From NCBI GenBank assembly GCA_049840995.1, contig JASGIP010000002.1: 64,000 nucleotides of DNA; one strand, written 5' to 3'. A program made the position numbers and the translations under genes. Under the pieces are notes generated by a model. The model had not been told where the DNA came from. It worked only from the letters and a program-made list of their open reading frames with translations, and did not search any database. Within the stretch, counting starts at the first letter, position 1. The number at the start of each line of letters is the position of its first letter. Positions 37,375 to 45,629 of this stretch are shown piece after piece. Origin of the DNA: Ferruginibacter sp. (GTDB lineage Bacteria; Bacteroidota; Bacteroidia; Chitinophagales; Chitinophagaceae).

Positions 37375-37568
37375 GCACATAAAGTTAAACCATTGGCGAT
37401 GTGGCGGTATTCTATGTTCCGTGTGCCCGGTTCCGCTGCTGATTAAAGATACAAAAGCTGATTGTAATTCTGTTGCTTGGCGTTATTCATCTGCCGAAGC
37501 CGAATAGCGAACCAAAGTTGATGCTTACAACGTCAAGCACAAATTGCAGCAAACCTAATTTTGGTTGC
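37375..37568 (-). other. Long attC-like spacer
   Basis: GCACATAAA at 37375, GCCCGGTTCCGCTGCTG internal motif, ATTGCAGCAAACCTAAT-TTTGGTTGC at 37543-37568. Confidence 0.55.
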
Positions 37569-38169
37569 TGCTCTTCATTTTCAACAAAGTAACTTTCTTA
37601 ATGTATGTATCGTCAAATGTCTTTAGTACAACGTGATACCAGTTTTGTTCGGGTGTGTCAACTGTGAAGATTTCATTTTTCTTATGATTTCTAACAGCTT
37701 GTTCAAAATTTTTAACCATCATATTCTCTGTAAACCATTTCGTGTCACCTGTAAAATTACCATCCATATTATACTGCTGAACAAGGTCAAAAAAGCTTGT
37801 ACCAGTTTTAAATTTTGAAATTATTTCCTGCCTTAAGCTGTCAAGTTGCAGTTTGGAAAATTTGTCACCATTTAAATAAATATAGTTTACTCTAAATGAT
37901 AAAGTAGAGTCTATACTTAAAATTTTAAAAGCGATATTATCTATGTAAAAAGTAAAGCCAATTTTTTTGTTATAAAGGGGCATAAGAATTTCTGTCGTGT
38001 CATTACTTGATTCTATTGTAAAAAGTTTACTGCCTGTTTGGGGATTTTTTGATATAAATGCTTCTGCTTCAGAAACTGTTTTAATCTTTGAAATATCATT
38101 TCCTTTCGATTGTCCAAAAGTGAAAGAGTAAAATAAAAATAGTATTGTTGTAATAATAAGTCTTGTCAT
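37555..38169 (-). CDS. Exported PpiC/parvulin-type peptidyl-prolyl isomerase-like protein (cassette-array gene)
   Basis: Signal peptide; SFFDLVQQY..GDTKWF...MVKNFEQAV...WYHVV rotamase pattern. Confidence 0.7.
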   Translation of the reverse strand: MTRLIITTILFLFYSFTFGQSKGNDISKIKTVSEAEAFISKNPQTGSKLFTIESSNDTTEILMPLYNKKIGFTFYIDNIAFKILSIDSTLSFRVNYIYLNGDKFSKLQLDSLRQEIISKFKTGTSFFDLVQQYNMDGNFTGDTKWFTENMMVKNFEQAVRNHKKNEIFTVDTPEQNWYHVVLKTFDDTYIKKVTLLKMKSSNQN

Positions 38170-38479
38170 TTTATGTTGCTATAGGTTTTGTGTCAGAGTA
38201 TCAGCCAACACCAGGATTGCTGTTATTACACGCAATTCATCAAACCAAATATACGCTGGTAATCAACAAGCTAGTAGTATATATTTTAAATTGTTTATAG
38301 CAGCAATGGTATTTACGATTACTTACCAATGCTTAATTGTATAAAATCGTAATGGGGAAGCTTTAGCTTTATCAGGTGCGCCAAAGTAATCATTTTATTT
38401 ACAAAATAAAATACGGGAAACCCGCAATTTTGCGGCTTAAGCCAGCATCAGGCAGCCCTGCATTGAAGGTTGCGATGTG

Positions 38480-38528
38480 TACGCCGTTGGTCGTACTTTG
38501 ACGAGGCTCAGCACCCAGGCGGTGGCGA
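38480..38528 (+). repeat. R2 long copy (degenerate)
   Basis: TACGCCGTTGGTCGTACTTTGACGAGGCTCAGCACCCAGGCGGTGGCGA. Confidence 0.7.
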
Positions 38529-38560
38529 GGAATAATATTTTCCCTATGTTTTCTATGTGC

Positions 38561-38773
38561 CTATGTGGGTTTAATAGTTTGCTCCGTTGCTGCAGGTGCT
38601 TTTTCCTTTTGCAGTTTCAGCAACCGTAACGGTATCCACACCGTTTTCTTTTCGTTCTTTTTATTCAATCCTTCGCAAAGCGCTTCGCCCTTTACTTCAT
38701 CTACCTGGATGATCTTTTTGTCATTTAATTTTTTAAATGCCACAGCATCGCCAACCTTGAATTTTCCTTCCAT
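38561..38773 (-). CDS. Small hypothetical protein (DUF2158/YodC-like)
   Basis: MEGKFKVGDAV...ALCEG pattern; start 38773 because the longer ORF is only read-through of a DNA repeat. Confidence 0.45.
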   Translation of the reverse strand: MEGKFKVGDAVAFKKLNDKKIIQVDEVKGEALCEGLNKKNEKKTVWIPLRLLKLQKEKAPAATEQTIKPT

Positions 38774-38811
38774 GTTTTTTTGATTACAATATAGTGAATT
38801 AAATGTTGCCG

Positions 38812-38940
38812 TTTGATGGTTCAGACCGCTCCCGCCTGGGGCGAGACAGGTTAGGGCCCCGACCGGGAGGAGATGGTTCAGGCCGCAGGAGCGTCCCGAC
38901 CCACGATGATGGTTCAGGCCGCAGGAGCGGTCCCGACCCA
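38812..38940. repeat. GC-rich REP-like repeat, three units
   Basis: GATGGTTCAG(A/G)CCGC at 38815, 38872, 38908; the last two continue AGGAGCG(G)TCCCGACCCA. Confidence 0.75.
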
Positions 38941-38941
38941 A

Positions 38942-40243
38942 TTACTGCTTTCCATCCAGCAGTACTTCGGCATTTACTGTGGCCAGTTTATTCACACCTT
39001 CTTTTGTAATGAATTTACAATGCTGCAGGGTAATGTTTTTAGCAAAGAAGATTCCGAAAGGATTGTCGGCGGTGATGTTTACATTCTCTAAAGAAATATT
39101 GGCAATGGCAGCTTCGGGCAGTCCCCAGATAAGGCCGGCACGCCTGCCGGCTTCGGCAGTGGCGGTAATGTTCTCAAATTTTATGTTGCTGTAAATGGGT
39201 GTTAAGTCGGTTACCGGTGCAGCTGGATAAGTCGATGCAATTTCGGGCGTAAGTTTTTGCAGGTTCCTGTATTGTTTATCGGGCGCCATATAAGTGGCAT
39301 ACATTAAAATGGGAATGCCCACGTTCGTCATGGTAAGATTGCGGTAGGTGAGGTTCTGCACCTGGCCGCCCCGGTCACGGTCGGATTTGATGCGGATGCC
39401 GCATTCGGTATTGGTAAAGCTGCAGTCTTCTATTAAAAAATTCGATACGCCTCCTTTGGTATAACTGCCAATAGATAAACCATGTCCGTAACCATATTTG
39501 CAGTGCATGATGTGTACATTAAAAGTGCCGCCGCCACAGGTAAAATTATCATCGCCGGTACTGATGTCGCAGTTCTTGATCAGGATATCTTTACCGGAAA
39601 CATCGCAGGCATCGGTATTGTGGCTGGGATTCACCGGATCGGTGGAGGCAGGCGCACGGACTATTACACCACTTACCGTAACATTGTTCGACCTGCTGAT
39701 GGCAATATGAAACATCGGTGAGTTCATCAAGGTTACATTCTCGATCAACAGTTTTTCACAATCCTTCAGCGAGATCATGCGGGGGCGTTTGGCATCTTTT
39801 TCTTTCGCGAAGGGCCACCAGGGCGATCCTTGCCCGTCGATGGTGCCTTTACCGGTAATGGCCACATCGTGCAGTTTGGTGCCGCTGATAAAATCGGTAC
39901 CCGTTGTGGTGCCACCGGGATATTTATCGATCGGTAATAATTTTAGCAGTGCACCGGAATCCAGTTGAAAATTGAGGTTGTTCACAAACTGCAAAGGGCC
40001 GCAGAGAAAAACGCCTGCAGGCACCACCACTTTTCCGCCACCGGCGGTATTGGCTGCATCAATTGCTTTTTGAATAGCACTGGTATTGTCTGTTTGTGCA
40101 TCGGCTGCTGCACCAAAATCTTTTATGTTGAATGTTTTATTGGGAATTACTGGGAGCGCCGGTGTTACCAATGCTGTCTGTGCCTGTAGTTGTTGTAATG
40201 CGAGGAAACTGATCATTGCGATAACGCTGCAACGTATTTTCAT
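38942..40243 (-). CDS. Glycoside hydrolase family 28 (polygalacturonase-like)
   Basis: Signal peptide; NTD, GDD, GHG and RIKS catalytic motifs. Confidence 0.92.
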   Translation of the reverse strand: MKIRCSVIAMISFLALQQLQAQTALVTPALPVIPNKTFNIKDFGAAADAQTDNTSAIQKAIDAANTAGGGKVVVPAGVFLCGPLQFVNNLNFQLDSGALLKLLPIDKYPGGTTTGTDFISGTKLHDVAITGKGTIDGQGSPWWPFAKEKDAKRPRMISLKDCEKLLIENVTLMNSPMFHIAISRSNNVTVSGVIVRAPASTDPVNPSHNTDACDVSGKDILIKNCDISTGDDNFTCGGGTFNVHIMHCKYGYGHGLSIGSYTKGGVSNFLIEDCSFTNTECGIRIKSDRDRGGQVQNLTYRNLTMTNVGIPILMYATYMAPDKQYRNLQKLTPEIASTYPAAPVTDLTPIYSNIKFENITATAEAGRRAGLIWGLPEAAIANISLENVNITADNPFGIFFAKNITLQHCKFITKEGVNKLATVNAEVLLDGKQ

Positions 40244-40344
40244 GCTGTTTGAATTTTAGCTGGTACAATGTAAACATTAATTGAAGGACTGACTTTGATT
40301 GGGTGCTAAAGTTTGTTAATGGGGAGTTATTGGAGATTGGAATA

Positions 40345-40526
40345 AGTCGCCTGCGGCGTCTTTTATGGGAACGCAGATTTTTATGATGGTGATGATATGT
40401 TATGATCTATCTGTGTAGATCATGATCATCTTAATGATCCGTGTTTCGTTATTTATCATCGATGATGATAGGAAATATGTCGTTTGTTGTACTTCGACGA
40501 AGCTCAGTGTCAAGACGGCGGCGGAG
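40345..40526 (+). repeat. Composite R1 + R2 long
   Basis: CGCC-TGC-GGCG; GAACGCAGATTTTTATGATGGTGATGAT; ATCATC-GAT-GATGAT hairpin; R2 long at 40476-40526. Confidence 0.8.
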
Positions 40527-40548
40527 GTTATGAAATCCATTTTGGAAT

Positions 40549-41058
40549 TTATTTTTTACCTTCTTCCCGGACGAAGTGCCCATTTTTATCAAAAAACTTT
40601 GCATCAATAACTTGGCCGCTGTCATTAAATAAAAGTGAGGACTTTATAATACCCAGTGAATCTTCCCAATAGTCTGCACCATAACTCACTTCTTTATCCA
40701 TTCTGAAATATCTATGCCCGTTTAAAGTTCCGGTAGTATCATAAAAATAATAAGCATTTCCCCCGGCCAATCCATTTTGTACGGGTATTTTCCTGTCTAA
40801 AATACCATCATTATAAAACCATAATTGCTCGCCTTGAAATTGCCCTTCCTGGTTAAGTCTATGTATTTCCTTGACCTCTCCATTTTCGTAAAACGAGAGT
40901 TCAATCCGCAATTTATCTGTACCTGCGTTGTTGATAATGACAGATTTTATTTTGCCATTTTCATAATACGTGATTTGTTTGGATGATCTGCCAGCGCAGC
41001 TGCAAAATATTAATGCGAGTACTAACACGAGAAGTACCGGATAATTTGAATGCTTCAT
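40549..41058 (-). CDS. Lipoprotein with MORN-variant (YwqK-like) repeats
   Basis: Lipobox FCSC; YYENGKIKS, FYENGEVKE, QGEQLWFYNDG; AT-rich. Confidence 0.65.
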   Translation of the reverse strand: MKHSNYPVLLVLVLALIFCSCAGRSSKQITYYENGKIKSVIINNAGTDKLRIELSFYENGEVKEIHRLNQEGQFQGEQLWFYNDGILDRKIPVQNGLAGGNAYYFYDTTGTLNGHRYFRMDKEVSYGADYWEDSLGIIKSSLLFNDSGQVIDAKFFDKNGHFVREEGKK

Positions 41059-41102
41059 ATTATATTGTTTTTATTGACTGGCCGCTGACGAAGATAGGTT
41101 AG

Positions 41103-41172
41103 ATTTTATTTTGAAGGGGGATTGTTGTGTGATAGAGGAATACGCCGTTTGTCGGAGCCAAGACGGCGGCGA
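41103..41172 (+). repeat. R2 short copy with a 5' extension shared with 43100-43169
   Basis: GATTTTATTTT...GGGGATTGTTGTG...GAGG..TACGCCGTTTGTC...CCAAGACGGCG. Confidence 0.8.
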
Positions 41173-41198
41173 GTGTTTAATAACAATCAACATAATCG

Positions 41199-41206
41199 TA
41201 CCTTTG
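41199..41206 (+). promoter_or_regulatory. Bacteroidota -7 promoter element for the Bcr/CflA gene
   Basis: TACCTTTG about 120 nt upstream of the start. Confidence 0.55.
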
Positions 41207-41327
41207 CCGTTTAACAGGAGTTATAGTTGAAACGGATGGATACTGCTTTTAATAGTCGATACATTTTTTCCTATTGAGATAATTGCCTGGAAATGATTTT
41301 TTTAAAACTGTTTAACTATTAATTTCT

Positions 41328-42551
41328 ATGGATGTTGTTCTCCCCTCTCCATCACCAGGTAAAAATTATGTACAACGCAGCAGGTGGCAAAACATCCTGC
41401 TGATCACCATCATTGGTTTACTCAATACGCTTACGCCGTTCTCTATTGATATGTACCTGCCCGCTTTTCCAAAAATTGCGCAGGAACTGCATACCGGTAT
41501 TGGTAATGTGGCATTATCCGTCTCTACTTATTTTTTGGGATTTGCCCTTGGGCAAATACTATATGGACCTTTACTCGATCGCTTTGGAAGAAAGCGGCCT
41601 CTCTACATCGGGCTGTTTTTTTATATGATCGCAACCATTGGTTGTACGCTTTGTAACACGATCGAAATTTTCTGGGTCGCCCGTTTTTTACAGGCACTCA
41701 GCGGTTGCGTGGCTTCTGTTGCCGCCATGGCAATGGTACTCGATTTTTTTCCACCGGAAAAAAGTGCCCGGATCATCTCTTTGCTGATATTGATACTGGG
41801 TATATCGCCACTGCTGGCGCCTACAGTGGGCAGCCTTATTATTGCAAGCTGGCACTGGCATCTTGTTTTTGTTACGCTGGCAATTTTTGCGTTGCTGATG
41901 TTCTTAGTGTCTTTTTTCCTGTTGCCGGAAGGGCAGGAGCCTGATCTTTCCGTTTCATTGATGCCCCGGCCGATCATCAATAGTTTTAGACAGATATTGA
42001 CTGACCGGCAATTTTATGTACATGCACTGGCAGGTACTTTTTCGTTTGCAGGCCTGTTTGTATACGTGGCAGGTTCACCGGCTATTTTTATGGATGAGTT
42101 CCAGATGTCGCCCAAGATCTATGGCGCCATATTCGCCGGGCTTTCAATAGGCTTTATCGGCAGCAGCCAGTTGAACCATTTTCTTACCCAACGTTTTACT
42201 GGAAAACAAATATTGCAAACGGTGTTGATCATCCAGTCTTTAACCGGGATCATTTTTTTTATTACTGTTTTTAGTGGATGGTATACTATGAGCTCAACGA
42301 TCTTTTTTATATTTATTGTATTGGCCTGCTCCGGCCTTACTTATCCCAATGCTGCTGCACTTGCCATGACGCCCTTTACTAAAAATGCGGGAACTGCTGC
42401 TGCTTTATTAGGCTTCATCCAGATCGGTATCGGCGGGCTTATTTCTGCAGGCGTGGGCATGCTGCATTTTAAGGGCAGCTTTTCTGTTGCATTGATCATG
42501 GCAGTATCGGCATCTATTGCGTTGCTGATCTTTTTAAAGGGGAAGAAGTGA
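41328..42551 (+). CDS. Bcr/CflA family multidrug efflux MFS transporter
   Basis: PFSIDMYLPAFP, GPLLDRFGRKRP, RFLQALSGC; 12 TM. Confidence 0.92.
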   Translation: MDVVLPSPSPGKNYVQRSRWQNILLITIIGLLNTLTPFSIDMYLPAFPKIAQELHTGIGNVALSVSTYFLGFALGQILYGPLLDRFGRKRPLYIGLFFYMIATIGCTLCNTIEIFWVARFLQALSGCVASVAAMAMVLDFFPPEKSARIISLLILILGISPLLAPTVGSLIIASWHWHLVFVTLAIFALLMFLVSFFLLPEGQEPDLSVSLMPRPIINSFRQILTDRQFYVHALAGTFSFAGLFVYVAGSPAIFMDEFQMSPKIYGAIFAGLSIGFIGSSQLNHFLTQRFTGKQILQTVLIIQSLTGIIFFITVFSGWYTMSSTIFFIFIVLACSGLTYPNAAALAMTPFTKNAGTAAALLGFIQIGIGGLISAGVGMLHFKGSFSVALIMAVSASIALLIFLKGKK

Positions 42552-42682
42552 GGCAATAGTTTGTTTTTGTGTGTTGTGTAAACGGGGCACTTCTATTATA
42601 ATTTGTTTTACACCCAATACATTGTTGAATAAATCCATGAAGCCTGGCAATACTTATATCAGCCAGGTTGCGTAAATAAAAA

Positions 42683-43060
42683 ATGAACAAAAAATATCTG
42701 ATTTTTTTCCTGCTGGTGTGCGCTGTGTTTTTTAACGCCTGTAACCGGTATTATGTAAGCAGTATGTACCCCATCCCGGCAAAAAAATTATATAAACGCT
42801 CCGTGAAATATAAAGAGCGGTATGGAAAAATAACCTATGCTGCAGATACCATACTCATTAAAAGGAATTTTTGCAGGATCTATAAAAAAGGACAGCTTGT
42901 AAGTGCGGGCAAATTAAATAATGGCAGGCCAACAAGCTATTGGATCACTTTTGATGATGCATTAGAGCTGGAATATATCATATCATATAAAGAGTTTAAA
43001 ACAGATTCTTTTTTTCATCCCTTCGCAATAATAAATCAAAACTGGGGAAATGCTTTATAA
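42683..43060 (+). CDS. Hypothetical lipoprotein
   Basis: Lipobox FNAC; AT-rich; no family recognised. Confidence 0.5.
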   Translation: MNKKYLIFFLLVCAVFFNACNRYYVSSMYPIPAKKLYKRSVKYKERYGKITYAADTILIKRNFCRIYKKGQLVSAGKLNNGRPTSYWITFDDALELEYIISYKEFKTDSFFHPFAIINQNWGNAL

Positions 43061-43099
43061 TAGGTATTATCCTGGATATTCATTCATTAACCGATTACG

Positions 43100-43169
43100 G
43101 ATTTTATTTTAACCGGGGATTGTTGTGCGATTGAGGATACGCCGTTTGTCAAAGCCAAGACGGCGACGG
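43100..43169 (+). repeat. R2 short copy with 5' extension
   Basis: Aligns to 41103-41172. Confidence 0.8.
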
Positions 43170-43516
43170 AAGCCAGCATATTCTGCCTGCCTTAACAGTA
43201 CTACTACGTACCAAAATCACGTAATACCCGAATTGCAGAAGTAAAAGATCAATTATATTTTTATCTGTCACCCCCAGATCTTTCAATATCCCCCGATTGA
43301 TCCATCGCCGCTGAGATTTAACTGCACTGAGAGGAACCCTTGTATTGATAGTATAACCTGAACCTGGCTATAACCGGGCTGTATACCTTTTTTTCTGCTA
43401 CAGGCTGGATACCCCTGCACCCGGGTTACACTACCTCTTCATTTCTACCTGGTCCAAAGTTTAAAACCGGAGTTTGCTGAAAATCCGACAAAGAGTAGGC
43501 ATAAAACAACCACATT

Positions 43517-44992
43517 ATGAGTAACAATCAAGCAGGGCGCCACGGTATAGTTCGTGGGCTCGATTCCGTTGCACGGTCATCGAGTTTTGAAGGCCGTTTT
43601 GGAAGAATGTTCCGCACCTTACCCGCCGCAACATGGCCAGAGGATGCATTAAAAAAACTGGCAGCTGCCATGAGCGCAGATGCAGAAGAAAGTCCAACCC
43701 CCGAAAATAAATCCGATGATGAAGAAAATTCGGGTATCAGTGCCGGGTACACGTATTTTGGTCAATTCATTGATCACGACATTACCTTTGACCCCAACAG
43801 TTCGTTGCAGAAAGATAATGATGTGAACGGCCTGGTTGATTTCCGTACGCCAAGGCTGGACCTGGATAATGTATATGGCAGGGGACCGGATGACCAACCC
43901 TATATGTATGATAATACCGGTATGAAATTTTTACTGGGTAGGCAACTTACCGGTGCCGAAGCATTTGCCCATAACGTAAAAGATCTGCAAAGGATCACAA
44001 CCGAGCCTAAGCGTGCCATCATCGGCGATCCACGAAACGATGAAAATGTGATTGTTTCGCAACTGCAGGGAGCGTTCCTGCGTTTTCACAATTACTTGGT
44101 GGAAACGATGCCCGGTAGTAGCTTTTCTGATGTACAAAGGGAAGTGCGTTTTCATTATCAATGGGCGGTGCTGCACGATTTTCTGCCAACGATCATTGGC
44201 CAGAAGATGGTGGATGATATACTCTCCGGCGGTTTAAAATTTTATAAACCACGCAAAGAGGCTTACATGCCGGTGGAATTTTCGGTGGCAGCATACCGGT
44301 TTGGGCACAGCATGGTGCGACCCATATACCGCCTTAGCCAAACCATTCCCCGCTTTGCTATTTTTTCAAATGACCCGGGCAGTAGCCTGACCGGTTTCCG
44401 GGAATTCCCTTCCAACTGGGCCATCGACTGGCGGTTGTTTTTCAACTTCGGTAATAACCCGAATCCACTTTCGCCGGAACGTATTCAACCGGCGTATAAG
44501 ATCGACACCTCGCTGGTGAATCCATTGGCCAACCTGCCTGCAAGTGTGGGAGGTAACATACCAAGCCTTCCATTCAGAAATTTATTGCGGGGGCTTCGTA
44601 TGGGATTGCCCTGCGGCCAGGATGTGGCCTGTAAAATGAATGTAACCCCGATACCGGACAAAAATTTAAAAGTGGGCAAGGCTACAGAAGGGGATACGGC
44701 AACAAATAAAAGTATTGTGGATATAGATCCATCATTCAAAGGAAAGGCACCATTGTGGTTCTATATTCTTGCAGAAGCGCAGCAGCAATTTAAAAAGAAT
44801 AATACGCCCATCAGGCTCGGCGAGGTTGGAGGAAGAATTGTGGGCGAAGTGCTGATCGGTTTATTACTGAATGACAGCCATTCGTATCTCAGCATGGCCC
44901 CCTGCTGGCAGCCCCGGCACGACCTGTTGCTCAATGGTAAATTCAGTATCGCCGCTTTAATTGCTGCCGCAGGCAAGAGCAGCAATGTCTGA
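43517..44992 (+). CDS. Bacterial heme peroxidase (animal peroxidase/cyclooxygenase superfamily)
   Basis: GYTYFGQFIDHD distal motif, GDPRNDEN, AAYRFGHS proximal His, LWFYILAEA. Confidence 0.88.
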   Translation: MSNNQAGRHGIVRGLDSVARSSSFEGRFGRMFRTLPAATWPEDALKKLAAAMSADAEESPTPENKSDDEENSGISAGYTYFGQFIDHDITFDPNSSLQKDNDVNGLVDFRTPRLDLDNVYGRGPDDQPYMYDNTGMKFLLGRQLTGAEAFAHNVKDLQRITTEPKRAIIGDPRNDENVIVSQLQGAFLRFHNYLVETMPGSSFSDVQREVRFHYQWAVLHDFLPTIIGQKMVDDILSGGLKFYKPRKEAYMPVEFSVAAYRFGHSMVRPIYRLSQTIPRFAIFSNDPGSSLTGFREFPSNWAIDWRLFFNFGNNPNPLSPERIQPAYKIDTSLVNPLANLPASVGGNIPSLPFRNLLRGLRMGLPCGQDVACKMNVTPIPDKNLKVGKATEGDTATNKSIVDIDPSFKGKAPLWFYILAEAQQQFKKNNTPIRLGEVGGRIVGEVLIGLLLNDSHSYLSMAPCWQPRHDLLLNGKFSIAALIAAAGKSSNV

Positions 44993-45248
44993 GACCTGCT
45001 CTGTAATGTAAAACATGCAGCATGCGATCCGTTCTTGTTTGGAATGGATCGTATGCTTATTTTTTATACATAATATCTTTTTGTTGGAGTTAGTCTGTGT
45101 AATGACTTTGTTGATCGAGTGTAGTAGTGTTGGTTGTAAAAAGCGTGTATTCTTAATAGTTATAAATAAAAGTATTTGTGGTAAGTTGGGTGGCAATGGA
45201 GGTTAGTGGTATATTAGTTTGATCTGCTACCGTTTTATGATGGTGGGG

Positions 45249-45386
45249 TACGCCGTTTATCATACTTCGACAACGCTCAGTACCAAGACGGCGGCGGAGA
45301 AAGTTTGATTCTTAACTATTTTATGATGGTGGAGTGCGCCGTTTGCCGTGCTTCGACAAGGCTCCGTACCAGGACGGCGACGGCGA
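45249..45386 (+). repeat. Two R2 long copies
   Basis: 45249-45298 and about 45335-45386, each with a CTTCGAC-n3-GCTC(A/C)G insert. Confidence 0.8.
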
Positions 45387-45390
45387 AAAA

Positions 45391-45419
45391 TAAAAAAGGA
45401 ACACCATCAATAGTGTTCC
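45391..45419 (-). terminator. tRNA-Cys terminator
   Basis: GGAACAC/GTGTTCC stem with a T6 run on the minus strand. Confidence 0.7.
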
Positions 45420-45427
45420 CGTATCGG

Positions 45428-45499
45428 AGGTCCCTAGCGGATTCGAACCGCTGTAGAAGCTTTTGCAGAGCTTTGCCTGAGCCACTCGGCCAAAGGACC
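45428..45499 (-). tRNA. tRNA-Cys(GCA)
   Basis: GGTCCTT/AGGGACC acceptor, TGGCCGAGTGG D-arm, AAGCT-CTGCAAA-AGCTT anticodon arm, GGTTCGAATCC; CCA not encoded; TATTTTTG -7 element at 45569-45576 (minus). Confidence 0.96.
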
Positions 45500-45629
45500 G
45501 TATATAATTTTCTCAAAATAAATACTTTACAGTTTAGAGTTTCTTAGTAAAGTACTTTTTTAGTGTTGCAAAAATAGGGTATTTTTAGGCAAAATTACGC
45601 TTCTCACTAAATCTGTTATTAAAAATATC

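Noticed and set aside
38774-38941. N-terminal extension of ORF 38561-38941 (GRSCGLNH repeats)
   Set aside because: It is simply translation through the DNA repeat; a better start lies at 38773.
43310-43385. TPP-riboswitch-like words (GCTGAGA, ACCC, ACCTGA, GG-TATAA-CC) upstream of the heme peroxidase
   Set aside because: No upstream GGGG strand to pair with ACCC, no CGTAGGGA-type 3' end, wrong spacing, and the gene is not thiamine-related.
19715-45386. R1/R2 repeats or the 36-nt-spaced units at 38872/38908 as a CRISPR array
   Set aside because: Dispersed or only 2-3 units, no regular unique spacers, degenerate copies, no cas genes.
45428-45460. attL/attR duplication of the tRNA-Cys 3' end marking a prophage or ICE
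   Set aside because: No second copy seen in the window and no integrase or phage genes.
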